Of a stretch of DNA of 64,000 nt, positions 29,410 through 40,843 are shown piece by piece; positions within the stretch are counted from its first letter, which is position 1; the number at the start of each line of letters is the position of its first letter. The notes below the pieces were generated by a model, which saw only the letters and a program-made list of their open reading frames with translations, had not been told where the DNA came from and did not search any database. The position numbers and the translations under genes are program-made. Source of the DNA: Bacteroidia bacterium (GTDB lineage: Bacteria > Bacteroidota > Bacteroidia > NS11-12g > UBA955); NCBI GenBank assembly GCA_041690035.1, contig JBDNFC010000046.1, positions 726 through 64,725 on the forward strand. The letters are read 5' to 3'.

Positions 29410-30525
29410 TCAATGACTAGAAAATATTATTTCAACCAATTTTTCTGCATTAATATTGTTCATAAAATCTGGCGATAGCAATTCTTTTCTTATTGCAATC
29501 TCTTGCTCAGAAAATATTTTACCTTTTAATTCATTTAATTTTTCTATCATATCATTTGCATCTGTGGCAATGATGCAAAGTTTATCTAATCCTGTGTCTG
29601 CAACCATTTCATGATTAACTAAGCAAAATTTGCCTTTAAATAGCGCATTAAGTAATTTTAGTTTTATACCAGTTTGCTGAAAAGTAATCAATACATTGAT
29701 TTGTGCATTTTGGATCAATGAAGTTATTTTTTTGCTACTTGTTTTGCTTAGTAAAGTAATATTTGTATTTTTACATAGCTGCAATAATTTTTTACTTGGG
29801 CCATTGCCAGAAATAATGCAAGGTATATCAACTTTTGAGAAAACATTTTCTGCCAAAAAACAAGCAGCATTGTCATTTTCTTCTACCGATAAATTACCAT
29901 GGTATAGTGCATATTGCCCAATATTTTTATTAATATTTACTGTATTTGATGAATGAAACGCTGAAATCCAATGGGTTTTGTTGTATTTGCTAAAATGGGT
30001 AAAATCTGCTTTTGAAATGGCTAAAATGCCATTGGCAGTGGTTAAAATATTTTCAAAAACAGCAAGTTTTTTAGCAGCAAATTTATAATACGTTTTTTTT
30101 AAAAAATTTGTACTCAATAGCGCTAGTTTGGCATAATAATGGTGCTCAACATTATGGGTTCTAACATAGCATCTTTTTGGATTTATTTTTTTGTCCAAAA
30201 GCACTCCTGCGCAGTGCAATCCTTCTAGCAAAATAGGGTCGGTGTCTTTATTAAGATTAGAAATAAGTAAATTGCTTTGTCTACTTGCAACAATATAGGG
30301 TATATGACTAAATGGATATACCCATTTTTTTCGTTTATAATAATTAATTTTAGAGCAATATTTTTCTAGCTTTACGCTCCGTTTTCTGCCGTATTCAAAA
30401 CAATGCAATTCTATTTTAATGCCTAATTTATATAGGTGCTTGCATTTGTAATAGATGTCTATTACTCCTCCATAATTTGGAGGATATGGAATATCAAAAG
30501 CTACGATATGTATTTTTTTATGCAA
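29410..30525 (-). CDS. Glycosyltransferase (GT-B, mannosyltransferase-like)
   Basis: FDIPYPPNYGGVIDIYYK, RTHNVEHHYY, TFQQTGIKLKLLNAL. Confidence 0.85.
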   Translation of the reverse strand: MHKKIHIVAFDIPYPPNYGGVIDIYYKCKHLYKLGIKIELHCFEYGRKRSVKLEKYCSKINYYKRKKWVYPFSHIPYIVASRQSNLLISNLNKDTDPILLEGLHCAGVLLDKKINPKRCYVRTHNVEHHYYAKLALLSTNFLKKTYYKFAAKKLAVFENILTTANGILAISKADFTHFSKYNKTHWISAFHSSNTVNINKNIGQYALYHGNLSVEENDNAACFLAENVFSKVDIPCIISGNGPSKKLLQLCKNTNITLLSKTSSKKITSLIQNAQINVLITFQQTGIKLKLLNALFKGKFCLVNHEMVADTGLDKLCIIATDANDMIEKLNELKGKIFSEQEIAIRKELLSPDFMNNINAEKLVEIIFSSH

Positions 30526-30527
30526 TA

Positions 30528-31604
30528 TTATGTTGTATAAATTTCAATTAATTTACCTTCCTCATTTTCCCAACAATAATTTTCAGACAATTGCAAGGCA
30601 TTTTTAGCAAGTAAGTTGTAAATATCTTGGTTTGATAAAAGCATTTTTACTGCATTTTGTACTTCAATAGCATTATAATTTACCTCAATAGCAAAAGTAA
30701 GTTTTTTATTTAATAACCTCAACTCTTCCGTATTACCAATAATTTGCGGCAACCCAAATTGCATATAATCAAATGTTTTATTTGGCAGTGCAAAATTATA
30801 ACTTTTAGAAGAATTGTCTAATACGTTATAACCAATGCGTGCTTTTGGTGTTATTTCATCTAGTGCTGATGGCAATATTCGCCCAAAATAAGCTATGTGA
30901 GCGGTGTTGGCAATTCTTTCTTTCAACCAATTTGTTAAATCTCCTTCTCCTACAATTGCCAGCGAAAAAGCAGAAGCAATGCTTGCATCTATTAGTATTT
31001 CTAATCCCCTACCTTGGTTAATAGCACCTTGATATAGCACATCATATGTTTTTTCACTTTCAATTTGATATTTTTTCTTTCTAGGATAATTTTTTAATAA
31101 AAGTACCTTTTGCTCAAAATATTTTTGATAATAATTGGCTATCGGTTCAGAAACTGTATAACATCTACTCACGGTTCTAAACCCGATTTTTTCAATAAAT
31201 TGCCAAATTTTTTGAGTAGTTTTTTTGTCTTTAATTTCAGGCACTTGGCTAAATAGCTCATGTGCATCGTGCAGGTGTTTTTTCTTTTTTCTTTTTGCAT
31301 AAAAATGCGCTGCTAATAAGGTGTCAGCATCGTTTGAGCAAATAATATCTGGAGCGTGTTTTATGCAATATAAAAATTGTTTTAAAAATAATTCAATATA
31401 GAATAATTTACCATTTTTAAAAAAACAATTTAACCGCTTTGCTTTAAATAAATATGCAGGCAGTTCATTATCAAATAGTTTTCTACCAATCAAATGTATT
31501 TCATAGTTTTGTAAAGTCGCCAATGTTTCACATATACGATGCATTCTTTGGTCAGTTAACAAATCATTGCTGACTAGAAAAAAAACCTTTACTTTTTCAA
31601 CCAC
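30528..31604 (-). CDS. Glycosyltransferase family 4
   Basis: VSNDLLTDQRMHRIC, LYQGAINQGRGLE, ALPNKTFDYMQFGLP. Confidence 0.88.
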   Translation of the reverse strand: MVEKVKVFFLVSNDLLTDQRMHRICETLATLQNYEIHLIGRKLFDNELPAYLFKAKRLNCFFKNGKLFYIELFLKQFLYCIKHAPDIICSNDADTLLAAHFYAKRKKKKHLHDAHELFSQVPEIKDKKTTQKIWQFIEKIGFRTVSRCYTVSEPIANYYQKYFEQKVLLLKNYPRKKKYQIESEKTYDVLYQGAINQGRGLEILIDASIASAFSLAIVGEGDLTNWLKERIANTAHIAYFGRILPSALDEITPKARIGYNVLDNSSKSYNFALPNKTFDYMQFGLPQIIGNTEELRLLNKKLTFAIEVNYNAIEVQNAVKMLLSNQDIYNLLAKNALQLSENYCWENEEGKLIEIYTT

Positions 31605-33502
31605 GCTATTTTTTCTGCTTTAATGGCCACTATCCCTCGATCTATTAACTCTTGCAAAACTATTAGTTTTTGCCATTTATTATTTTTGTTTAGCAATAAA
31701 AGGTATCCCTTTTTATCAATATTTGCTTTTAATTCTTTTTTAATTTCTATCGAATATTTTTCAAATATTGTGTTGTAATTTTCACCTCTTTTAATAGATA
31801 AGCAATTGTCGCAATGCCCACAGGGAATGCAATAATCGTCATCAAAGTAATGTGCGATTTGTAAATTGCGGCATTTTTTATCATCATGAATGTATTTTAA
31901 CATGCCGTCTAAACCTACGCTAAGGTTAGATTTTAGTTTTTCAATATGTTTAGCATTTAGCTCAAAGTGCTCTTTTCTAGCAGTTAAAAAAGTAATTTTA
32001 TGTGCTTGATGTTGTGGCTCGTATATGATTAACCCAATTTTTGCCAACCTATTGAGTATATTTATAACTATTTGCGTTGGTAATTCTGTGTTGATTGCAA
32101 TTTTTTTTTCATCTATTTTTGTTTTTCCGTGATATAATCCACTGTAATTTCTAAATAAAAATTGCACAATTTTATTTATTGGTTTATCTTCTTCTTGCAA
32201 GTTTATTAAAATTTGTGTATCTGCAATAACCTGAATTTTAGAGCCCGAAAATATATTCTCGGAAAGGTCAAACACACCTTGCAATTGCAAAAGCTTTAGT
32301 GAAGAAACAATGGTAATACTATTTTCTTTGGTCCATGTGATAAATGCGTTTAAATCAAACTTAAATGTTTTGTTTATTCCATCATTTTTTGCAATTTGAT
32401 AATAATTATATATTTTGTTATAAGTCGCTATCACTGCAGCATGGTTTGGAAACTTGTTCTCAAATTGTAGGTTTAAATTTTTGATATCTTCTTGATTGTA
32501 AAGCATAATGCAAAATGCGTTTTTACCATCTCTGCCAGCACGTCCTGCCTCTTGATAATAATATTCTAAACTTGGCGAAGGTTCCAAATGAATCACAAAT
32601 CTAACGTCCGGTTTATCTATTCCCATACCAAAAGCGTTGGTGCATGCAAGGATTCTGATAGATTCTACTGTTTGATGGTTTCGTGTCCAATCCTGCTGTT
32701 TTATACCTCTTTGTTCTGGCGATAATCCTGCATGATAGTAATCTGCCGCAATATTATTTAACACAAGCAGCCTGCTAATTTCTACAGTGGTTTTTCTGTT
32801 TCTTGTATATACTAAACCTGTTCCTTTTAGTTTTTTACAAATTTCTATTATTTTTTGAATTTTATTTTCTTCTTTTAGAATAATATAGCGCAAGTTTTTT
32901 CTTACAAATGAACCCCTAAATAGCCTTGCATCTAAAATGTCCAAATTTTGCCTTATGTCCTGCACAACATTGCTGGTAGCGCTAGCAGTAAGTGCCAACA
33001 CTTTAGCATTTGGAAATAGATTTATAAGTTCTATAATTCTTAAATAAGATGGCCTAAAATCATATCCCCACATACTAATACAATGTGCTTCGTCTATTGC
33101 GATAATGCTAATATTTACTTGAGCAAGTGATGATTGAAAATTTTTTGAAATCAACTTTTCTGGAGAAATATAAACAAATTTATACTGCCCATTTCTTATG
33201 CCCTCTAAAGCTATTTTTTGTTTAGTTACCGATAATTGTGCATTTAATGCAATGGCAGAAATACCTTTATTTTTTAATGTAGCTACTTGATCTTCCATAA
33301 GAGAGATAAGGGGAGAAATAACTAAAGTGATGCCAATTTGAAGAAGACCTGGTATTTGATAACAAATAGATTTGCCCCCTCCGGTTGGCAATAGTGCCAT
33401 GCAATGCTTATTATCTATAACATCCTGTACTATTTCTCCTTGAACGGGTCTAAAATTGTCGTATCCCCAATATTTTTTTAAAAGCAAGATAGCCTCTTCC
33501 AT
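31589..33502 (-). CDS. recQ: RecQ-family ATP-dependent DNA helicase
   Basis: LPTGGGKSICYQ, DEAHCIS, ALTASAT, AFGMGIDKPDVR, QEAGRAGRDG, Zn-binding CR...CGHCDNC. Confidence 0.93.
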   Translation of the reverse strand: MEEAILLLKKYWGYDNFRPVQGEIVQDVIDNKHCMALLPTGGGKSICYQIPGLLQIGITLVISPLISLMEDQVATLKNKGISAIALNAQLSVTKQKIALEGIRNGQYKFVYISPEKLISKNFQSSLAQVNISIIAIDEAHCISMWGYDFRPSYLRIIELINLFPNAKVLALTASATSNVVQDIRQNLDILDARLFRGSFVRKNLRYIILKEENKIQKIIEICKKLKGTGLVYTRNRKTTVEISRLLVLNNIAADYYHAGLSPEQRGIKQQDWTRNHQTVESIRILACTNAFGMGIDKPDVRFVIHLEPSPSLEYYYQEAGRAGRDGKNAFCIMLYNQEDIKNLNLQFENKFPNHAAVIATYNKIYNYYQIAKNDGINKTFKFDLNAFITWTKENSITIVSSLKLLQLQGVFDLSENIFSGSKIQVIADTQILINLQEEDKPINKIVQFLFRNYSGLYHGKTKIDEKKIAINTELPTQIVINILNRLAKIGLIIYEPQHQAHKITFLTARKEHFELNAKHIEKLKSNLSVGLDGMLKYIHDDKKCRNLQIAHYFDDDYCIPCGHCDNCLSIKRGENYNTIFEKYSIEIKKELKANIDKKGYLLLLNKNNKWQKLIVLQELIDRGIVAIKAEKIAWLKK

Positions 33503-33522
33503 TTATAATTATATAAAGTTAG

Positions 33523-34176
33523 TTATTCTAGGAGCTTTCCGTCATGTATTCTTAAAACACGGTCTGATAGTTTTGCTAAATTTTCATTGTGTGTAACAAT
33601 GATGAAGCTACTTTTATACTTATCTCTTAGTTGCATAAACAATTGATGCAGCTCTAAAGCATTTCTTGAATCTAAATTACCTGTGGGTTCGTCTGCAAAA
33701 ACCATCATTGGACAATTAATTAAGGCCCTAGCCACAGAGACACGTTGTTGTTCACCTCCAGAAAGTTGGTGAGGCTTATTATCCAATCTGTTGCTTAAAC
33801 CCAAGTCATTTAAAAGTTCTTGAGCATTTTTTTTAGCTTCATTTTTTGATTTGCCTGCAATAAGTGCTGGCAACATGACATTTTCTACCGCACTAAACTC
33901 GGGTAATAAATGATGAAATTGAAAAACGAAACCCATGCTCAGGTTTCTAAACTGGGCGAGTTTCTTTTCGCTTAATTTTGTAATATCTAAGTTTTCAAAT
34001 AATACTTCTCCACTATTTGGCTTATCTAAACTGCCTAAAATATGGAGCAAAGTAGATTTTCCAGCTCCAGAATCTCCAGTTATGGCAACAATTTCATTGC
34101 TATTTAGCGTCAAGCTAATATTGTCTAAAACTTTTATCTGTCCGTAGGATTTAATTATATTAAGGGCTTTTAACAC
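33523..34176 (-). CDS. lolD: ABC transporter ATP-binding protein, LolD-like
   Basis: [38 protein letters not shown]; GTG start at 34176 just after the TATTTTTG promoter (34181-34188). Confidence 0.85.
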   Translation of the reverse strand: MLKALNIIKSYGQIKVLDNISLTLNSNEIVAITGDSGAGKSTLLHILGSLDKPNSGEVLFENLDITKLSEKKLAQFRNLSMGFVFQFHHLLPEFSAVENVMLPALIAGKSKNEAKKNAQELLNDLGLSNRLDNKPHQLSGGEQQRVSVARALINCPMMVFADEPTGNLDSRNALELHQLFMQLRDKYKSSFIIVTHNENLAKLSDRVLRIHDGKLLE

Positions 34177-34293
34177 TGCACAAAAATAGGTGCTAATTTT
34201 TATTTTTATTCGTAAAAAAGAATAAACCATTTTTTTTGCTTCTAAATGATAAAAAAAAGTAACTTTGTGCCGAAATATAGCGTATAAAAATCA

Positions 34294-35484
34294 ATGAATA
34301 TCCACGAATATCAAGGAAAACAAATTTTAAAATCTTTTGGGGTAAATATACAAGAAGGCATAGTAGCCCAAAATGTAGCAGAAGCTGAGGCAGCAATGAA
34401 ACAATTGCAGGCAGAAACTGGAACAGAATGGGTGGTAGTAAAAGCACAAATACATGCAGGTGGCAGAGGCAAAGGTGGAGGGGTAAAATTAGCCAAAAAC
34501 ATTGAAGACTTAAAAGAAAAAGCAGGTCAAATTATTGGAATGCAATTAATAACCCCACAAACGGGAGCAGCTGGCAAAAAGGTAAATAAAGTGCTTATAG
34601 CCCAAGATGTTTATTATCCTGGAGCCAATGAGCCAAAGGAATTTTATATTAGTGTGTTGCTAGACCGTGCAAAAAAACAAAATGTTATCATGTATACAAC
34701 AGAAGGGGGCATGGATATAGAAGAAGTAGCAGAAAATCATCCTGAAAAAATATTTAAAGAATGGATAAATCCTTCAGTAGGCTTGCAGGGCTTTCAAATC
34801 AGAAAAATTGCTTTTAACCTTGGATTGTCTGGCAGCGCTTTTAAAGAAATGACTAAATTTATTACCAATTTATACAAGGCATATATCGGTAGCGATGCAG
34901 ATATGTTTGAAATTAATCCTGTTTTAAAAACCAGTGATGATAAAATTATAGCTGTAGATGCAAAGGTAAATATTGATGACAATGCACTTTACAGACATCC
35001 AGATTATGCCGCAATGCGCGATGAAAGTGAAGAAGACCCAACAGAGGTTGAAGCAAAAAAATATAACCTAAATTATGTAAAATTAGATGGCAATGTGGGC
35101 TGTATGGTAAACGGTGCAGGCCTAGCAATGGCTACAATGGATATCATTAAATTAAGTGGTGGAGAACCTGCTAATTTTTTAGATGTAGGTGGAACAGCCA
35201 ATGCGGAAACAGTGGAAGCTGGTTTTAAAATTATACTTTCTGATCCCAAAGTAAAAGCAATTTTAATCAACATTTTTGGAGGAATTGTTAGGTGCGATAG
35301 GGTAGCGCAAGGAGTTGTAGATGCTTATAATAATTTAGGAAATATTAATGTTCCTGTAATTGTTCGTCTTCAGGGAACAAACGCAATAGAGGCAAAAAAA
35401 TTAATTGATGAGTCAGGCTTGAAGGTAACTTCTGCAATTGTTTTAAAAGATGCTGCTGCATTAGTAAAAGAAGCAGTAAGCTAG
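34294..35484 (+). CDS. sucC: Succinate--CoA ligase (ADP-forming) beta subunit
   Basis: [49 protein letters not shown]. Confidence 0.99.
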   Translation: MNIHEYQGKQILKSFGVNIQEGIVAQNVAEAEAAMKQLQAETGTEWVVVKAQIHAGGRGKGGGVKLAKNIEDLKEKAGQIIGMQLITPQTGAAGKKVNKVLIAQDVYYPGANEPKEFYISVLLDRAKKQNVIMYTTEGGMDIEEVAENHPEKIFKEWINPSVGLQGFQIRKIAFNLGLSGSAFKEMTKFITNLYKAYIGSDADMFEINPVLKTSDDKIIAVDAKVNIDDNALYRHPDYAAMRDESEEDPTEVEAKKYNLNYVKLDGNVGCMVNGAGLAMATMDIIKLSGGEPANFLDVGGTANAETVEAGFKIILSDPKVKAILINIFGGIVRCDRVAQGVVDAYNNLGNINVPVIVRLQGTNAIEAKKLIDESGLKVTSAIVLKDAAALVKEAVS

Positions 35485-35554
35485 TTCTGAGTAAGCTGTT
35501 AATATATAAAAATAAACTGAATATTTATTTCCATCCAGCTAAATTAATTAAAAT

Positions 35555-35956
35555 ATGTTAAAAGAATTCAGAAATTTTATTATGACAGGAAATGTCGTAG
35601 AGTTTGCTGTTGCCGTGATTATGGCAGGAGCAATTGGTGCTGTAATTAATGGCTTTGTTACCGATATTATTATGCCAATTGTAGGTCATTTTTCTGGAGG
35701 TATTGATTTTGCAGATTTAAAAATAGTACTCAGTGAGGCTGTTGTGTCTGCTGATGGGGTGGATGCTAAACCAGAAAATGCTATTAAGTGGGGTGCTTGG
35801 ATTAACACAATTGTTAGTTTAATAAATGTTGGTTTAGTAATGTTTATAATTGTAAAAGCATATAATAAAGTAAGAAAACCAGAAACTGCTGCCGCTCCTG
35901 CAGGGCCATCAGAAATAGATTTACTAATGGAAATAAGAGATTCATTAAAAAAATAA
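35555..35956 (+). CDS. mscL: Large-conductance mechanosensitive channel
   Basis: MLKEFRNFIMTGNVVEFAVAVIM...LLMEIRDSLKK. Confidence 0.97.
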   Translation: MLKEFRNFIMTGNVVEFAVAVIMAGAIGAVINGFVTDIIMPIVGHFSGGIDFADLKIVLSEAVVSADGVDAKPENAIKWGAWINTIVSLINVGLVMFIIVKAYNKVRKPETAAAPAGPSEIDLLMEIRDSLKK

Positions 35957-35971
35957 ATATAAAAAATAACT

Positions 35972-36010
35972 AAAGTGCTGCACAATATCCGTTGTGTAGC
36001 ACTTTTTTTT
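35972..36010 (+). terminator. Intrinsic terminator after mscL
   Basis: AAAGTGCTGCACAA-TATCCG-TTGTGTAGCACTTT followed by a T-run. Confidence 0.8.
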
Positions 36011-36022
36011 AAAATAAAAAAC

Positions 36023-37024
36023 ATGAAAAAAATAGTATCAGTGGCTATTGTTTTATCAGCAACCTTCCATTTAAACGCTCAAGCCGAAGAAGCTGATGTA
36101 AAAAAAAATGTACAAGTAGCAGCTGCTGCTGCCAAAGAATTCAAATCCGGTTGGACTAGAGGAGGTTTTTTTAACATTAATGCATCAAATACTATTTTTA
36201 AAAATTGGGCTGGTGGTGGCTCCAATTCTACAGGTATAGTTTTTAACGGAAGCTTATATGCAGTGTACAAAAAAGGTAATGGACTTTGGGAAAATTACCT
36301 AGACCTGAATTATGGCGCAGTGCAGAATGGATCAATGAAAATAGATGATCCCAAAGGGGCATTAGACCCTAATGGTGATATTAAAAAAATTAACAATCCC
36401 TTTGTGAAGGCAGATGACAGGTTAGTTTATCAAACTAAGTATGGGCGTAAAATTAATGATAAAATAAATTATGCTGCTTTATTTAATTTGAACACTCAAA
36501 TGTTTGCTGGCTATCAAGCCGATGATAAATTACGAGAAAGGCTGCCAGTTTCTGATTTTCTATCTCAAGCCTTTGGGTATGCCTCTTTAGGGGTGGATTA
36601 CAAACCCGCCAAGGCAGTTTCTGTATTTGTTTCGCCACTTACTTTGAAATACACTTATGTTATGAACACAAGGCTGGCTCCTTCTTTTGGATTGGACAGC
36701 AATAAAAATATTAGAACCGAAATGGGCTGGTATATTAATACTCAGGTATCTAAAGAAATTATGAAAAATGTTACCATTCAGTCACGTTTAGAGCTTTTTA
36801 ATAATTACAAATCTGTTTACCTTTTTAAACGAATAGACATAAACTGGCAAAATACAATAAATCTGAAAGTGAATAAGTACATTAATGTAAGTTTGATTAC
36901 ACAAATGCTTTATGATGACGATGTAGACGTGGACCCAATAAATGAAGGAAAACAAATGAGAGCGCAATGGAAACATTTTTCTGGTATTGCCTTCGGTATT
37001 AAATTTGGGGATAACTTGCCTTAA
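36023..37024 (+). CDS. DUF3078-family outer-membrane beta-barrel protein
   Basis: Signal peptide; FKNWAGGG, WENYLDLNYG, KADDRL, INWQNTINLKVNKYI, LYDDDV. Confidence 0.85.
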   Translation: MKKIVSVAIVLSATFHLNAQAEEADVKKNVQVAAAAAKEFKSGWTRGGFFNINASNTIFKNWAGGGSNSTGIVFNGSLYAVYKKGNGLWENYLDLNYGAVQNGSMKIDDPKGALDPNGDIKKINNPFVKADDRLVYQTKYGRKINDKINYAALFNLNTQMFAGYQADDKLRERLPVSDFLSQAFGYASLGVDYKPAKAVSVFVSPLTLKYTYVMNTRLAPSFGLDSNKNIRTEMGWYINTQVSKEIMKNVTIQSRLELFNNYKSVYLFKRIDINWQNTINLKVNKYINVSLITQMLYDDDVDVDPINEGKQMRAQWKHFSGIAFGIKFGDNLP

Positions 37025-37064
37025 CAAATATTAAAATCCTGCTTTAAATGTGTGATTCTTGTTT

Positions 37065-37676
37065 ATGTATTTAGAAATTGATCCATATAATATTCAGTAC
37101 GCTGAAATAAAAGAAATAGCAAAAATGCTTAATGATGGAGGCGTTGCTATCATACCCACAGACAGTGTATATGCATTTGTTTGTGCGCTAAATCAAAAAC
37201 AAGCAATGCTAAAAATTTGTAATTTAGCGGGTAAAAAACCAGAGCGCTCAAACCTTTCTATATTGCTAAATTCTTTAGAGGACATTGGCATTTATACCAC
37301 CCCGTTTGGCACTAAAATATTTAGATTAATGAAGGCTTGCTTGCCAGGGCCTTTTACTTTTATACTCAATGCCAGTAACACTATCCCCAAAATCTTTTTA
37401 TCTAAACGAAAAACCATTGGTATCAGAATACCCGATAACTTAATTTGTGAGCAATTGATTGCTGTTTTAGGCCAACCATTGATAAGTGCTTCATTAAAAA
37501 GTGAGGATGAAATATTGGAGTACCTTACAGATCCACAAGAAATTGCTGCAGAATGGGAGCAGAAAGTAGATTTAATTATTGCGAGCGGCAATAGTGAACT
37601 TCTGGCCTCTACCATCATAGACTGCACAGGGCTAGACCCGATTTTGATTAGGGAAGGTGCAGGTATACTCCCTTAG
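37065..37676 (+). CDS. Sua5/YciO/YrdC family (threonylcarbamoyl-AMP synthase-like)
   Basis: IIPTDSVYA, LPGPFTFIL, RKTIGIRIPDN, STIIDCT, REGAG. Confidence 0.9.
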   Translation: MYLEIDPYNIQYAEIKEIAKMLNDGGVAIIPTDSVYAFVCALNQKQAMLKICNLAGKKPERSNLSILLNSLEDIGIYTTPFGTKIFRLMKACLPGPFTFILNASNTIPKIFLSKRKTIGIRIPDNLICEQLIAVLGQPLISASLKSEDEILEYLTDPQEIAAEWEQKVDLIIASGNSELLASTIIDCTGLDPILIREGAGILP

Positions 37677-38398
37677 TTTTTTTCAAAAAAACTTTTTATT
37701 TTCATCTCTAGCACCCCAAATACAGCTTCTTTAAAAATTCCTTTACTCATTTTACTAATGCCAAGAGTTCTATCTGTAAAAATAATCGGTACTTCAATGA
37801 TTTTATATTTTTTTAGCCAAGTTTTAAATTTCATTTCTATTTGAAATGCATAACCCTTAAATTTGATTTTATTCAGGTTTAGATTTTTTAATACATCACT
37901 TTTATAACATACAAATCCTGCTGTAGTATCTCTAATTTTCATGCCTGTAATTAACCTAACATATGCAGAGGCATAATAACTCATGATTACCCTTCCAATT
38001 GGCCAGTTAACCACATTTACACCAGTTAAATATCTGCTACCAATGCTCATATCGTTTCCTCCATCTTGACAAGCAGCAATTAATCTGCTAAGATCAGCTG
38101 GATTGTGGCTAAAATCGCAATCCATTTCGCAGATGAATTCATAATTTTTCTCTAAACACCATCTAAAACCAGCAATGTATGCTGTACCTAAACCGTTTTT
38201 GGCTTTTCTATTTAATAGATGCAATCTGTCTTGAAATAGTATTTTCATTTCTTCTACAATTCTTGCAGTCCCATCTGGAGAATTATCATCTACTATTAGG
38301 ATATCTATATCGTGATGAAGCTGAAAAACAGCAGAAATTATAGCTGAAATATTTTCTTTTTCGTTATATGTAGGTATGATTACAATTTTATTTGTCAC
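37673..38398 (-). CDS. Polyprenol monophosphomannose synthase (GT2)
   Basis: IIPTYNEKENI, VDDNSPDGT, GLGTAYIAGF, EMDCDFSHNP, GYAFQIEMK. Confidence 0.93.
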   Translation of the reverse strand: MTNKIVIIPTYNEKENISAIISAVFQLHHDIDILIVDDNSPDGTARIVEEMKILFQDRLHLLNRKAKNGLGTAYIAGFRWCLEKNYEFICEMDCDFSHNPADLSRLIAACQDGGNDMSIGSRYLTGVNVVNWPIGRVIMSYYASAYVRLITGMKIRDTTAGFVCYKSDVLKNLNLNKIKFKGYAFQIEMKFKTWLKKYKIIEVPIIFTDRTLGISKMSKGIFKEAVFGVLEMKIKSFFEKN

Positions 38399-38448
38399 TT
38401 GTATTAGATTTGCTGCAAAATACGTTATAAAAATTGAATAATTAACCC

Positions 38449-38943
38449 ATGCAAATAGAAAAAATAGCTTTTTTAGACAGAGATGGTGTGTTGAATGAAG
38501 AAATAGGCAATTATGTTACCCAAATTGATGATTTTAAAATTCTTCCTCATACTATTAATAATTGTTTAGCAATCAAAAAGTTGGGTTTTCAAATAGTTAT
38601 TGTTACCAATCAGGGAGGATTAGCCAAGAAACTTTATACAGAAGAGGCGCTAGAAAGTTTTCATCAAAAATTGCAATCAGAATTCATTAATTCAGGAATC
38701 ATTATCTTAGATATTTTTTACTGCCCACATCATTCAGAAGTAGAAAATTGTATTTGCAGAAAACCAAAAGGTGGCATGTTAGAAAGGGGACTTGCAAAAT
38801 ATGGTGGAATCAAAGAAAAATGTTTTATGATTGGTGATAATATTAGGGATGTTAATGCTGCTCTTTCAGCTGGTATTGACCAAGCCTATGAAATTAAATC
38901 AAATGAAGATTGGATAACTGTTTTACAAAATATAATTGCCTAA
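38449..38943 (+). CDS. gmhB: D-glycero-D-manno-heptose 1,7-bisphosphate phosphatase / HAD-IIIA
   Basis: FLDRDGVLN, VTNQGG, YCPHH...CICRKPK, MIGDN..D. Confidence 0.8.
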   Translation: MQIEKIAFLDRDGVLNEEIGNYVTQIDDFKILPHTINNCLAIKKLGFQIVIVTNQGGLAKKLYTEEALESFHQKLQSEFINSGIIILDIFYCPHHSEVENCICRKPKGGMLERGLAKYGGIKEKCFMIGDNIRDVNAALSAGIDQAYEIKSNEDWITVLQNIIA

Positions 38944-38997
38944 AAAAAAGTTTTTTATCTTTAAAAAAAGAGTAGATATTTGAATACGCTTTATAGC

Positions 38998-40842
38998 ATG
39001 AAAGAATCAGATTTTATTAATAAAAATAAGAAAAAATGGCAAGATTTTGAAAAACAATCTATTGCTAAAAACACTGATTTACTAAAAACTTATGCTGAAA
39101 TTAGTCTAGATGCATCGATAGCAAATACTTATTATAAACACAGATCTATCAAAGTTTACCTAAATTTTTTGCTAGCCAAAATAGAGTTTTCCCTTGTTAA
39201 TAAGCAAACAAAGCTAATGCCTAATTATTTGTTTTTTTGGAAAAACACGGTGCCCAAAGCAATGTATGAATCTAGGTGGATGATGCTTATTGTATTTTTG
39301 GTTTTTTCTGTTTTTGTAGCTGCCGGATATTTTTCTGCAGCTAAAGATGTTGGTTTTAGCTCAGATATTTTGGGTAGTGGTTATGTTATTACCTCTTTAG
39401 AAAACATAAAAAGCGGAGACCCTATGGCCATTTATGGCAGCATGCCAGAGTTTGACATGTTTGTTACCATTGCTTTTAACAATATAAAAGTTGGATTGGT
39501 GGCCTTTTCGCTTGGTGCCCTCTTTGGTATTGGCAGTTTATTTTCTATGGTTATCAATGGTATTATGCTAGGTGTTTTTATGCATTTTTTTTATTCTAGG
39601 GGGGTAGCAGGCGATTTTAATCTGGCTGTATGGATGCACGGAACTTTTGAAATTGCAATGCTTATTATAGAGAGTGGTGCAGGATTTGTGATGGGGCTTG
39701 GGCTTATTAATAAAGGAAATTTTTCTACTAAACAATCATTTTATAATAGCGCTAAAAAAGGAGTGCAAATTTTAATTGCCACTATACCTTTTACAATTTT
39801 AGCAGCTGTGATTGAAGCTTTTTTAACCAGATACACCCAATTGCCTGCTATTGTGCGTGCTTCTTTTATAGTTTTATGTCTCTTAATTACACTGTTTTAT
39901 TTTGTGATTTACCCATACCTGCTTTATAAAAAAGGAAGGTTTAATAAAGATGAATCTTTTGATGTTTTAGATAATTCAGTAATCACGGTATTGCCGTTTT
40001 TAAAATTTAAAAAACCACTAGAAATAGCCACAGAAATATTTGGACTTTATAGCAAGCATATATTAAAAAACGGATTGTTCTTTTCGATATTAGGAATTGT
40101 CACAATTTACTTGATGGAAAAAGATTTTTTTGAAGAATTAAAATTTGGAGCTATTAGTGGTATTAGCTCTTCTGAAAAGTTTTTTAACATGTTTTATAAT
40201 TTAGGACAGTTACCAGAAAATTTAATGATTTTCTTCCAACAGATTATTTGTTTGCCCATTGGCCTGTTTTTAGGTTGTATTTTGTACTTTGTGTTTAACA
40301 AAGTGTTGCCTTATTATACAAATGAAAAGAGAAAGTTTAGTATATTAAAATGTGTGGCCGTATCTTTTGCAACTGTTTTATTGTTTTTAGCTTTTTATAA
40401 TTTGCCATTGATAATTAATTTGGCTTTTTTAATTTATTATATGAATTTAATTCCAGCATTATTTTTTGAAGAAAATTTTAATAAAGCAATTTATAAATCA
40501 TTAACTTATGGGTTGTCTAGATTTAATTTAATTACAAATGTATTTAGTGCTTTTATATTAGCTATTTTTGTGGCATATTTGCTTCATAGTCCGCTATTTT
40601 GGACTATTCAAGAGGTTGTAAATATCTTTTATGTAAAAGAAGATTTAAGCTATCAAACTGTAATTTCGGTGCTCATCACTTTTTTGATGTTTACAGTTAT
40701 TTATTTCTTTTTTATTTGCTACTTACTGAGCAATGCTGCCACTTATTTGTTTAATAAAGAATTTTATGAACGCTCAGAGACAAAACGGTATGTGGCAAAT
40801 ATGGTATTGAATGATCAAATTTTAGGTTTTGAGAAAGAGTAG
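38998..40842 (+). CDS. SpoIIM/DUF95-family membrane protein with C-terminal multi-TM extension
   Basis: MKESDFINKNKKKWQDFE, GDPMAIY, IAFNNIKVG, NGIMLG, WMHGTFEI, AAVIEAFLTR; about 290 additional aa. Confidence 0.85.
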   Translation: MKESDFINKNKKKWQDFEKQSIAKNTDLLKTYAEISLDASIANTYYKHRSIKVYLNFLLAKIEFSLVNKQTKLMPNYLFFWKNTVPKAMYESRWMMLIVFLVFSVFVAAGYFSAAKDVGFSSDILGSGYVITSLENIKSGDPMAIYGSMPEFDMFVTIAFNNIKVGLVAFSLGALFGIGSLFSMVINGIMLGVFMHFFYSRGVAGDFNLAVWMHGTFEIAMLIIESGAGFVMGLGLINKGNFSTKQSFYNSAKKGVQILIATIPFTILAAVIEAFLTRYTQLPAIVRASFIVLCLLITLFYFVIYPYLLYKKGRFNKDESFDVLDNSVITVLPFLKFKKPLEIATEIFGLYSKHILKNGLFFSILGIVTIYLMEKDFFEELKFGAISGISSSEKFFNMFYNLGQLPENLMIFFQQIICLPIGLFLGCILYFVFNKVLPYYTNEKRKFSILKCVAVSFATVLLFLAFYNLPLIINLAFLIYYMNLIPALFFEENFNKAIYKSLTYGLSRFNLITNVFSAFILAIFVAYLLHSPLFWTIQEVVNIFYVKEDLSYQTVISVLITFLMFTVIYFFFICYLLSNAATYLFNKEFYERSETKRYVANMVLNDQILGFEKE

Positions 40843-40843
40843 A

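Noticed and set aside
34294-35484. sucC without adjacent sucD
   Set aside because: Separation of sucC and sucD is common in Bacteroidota.
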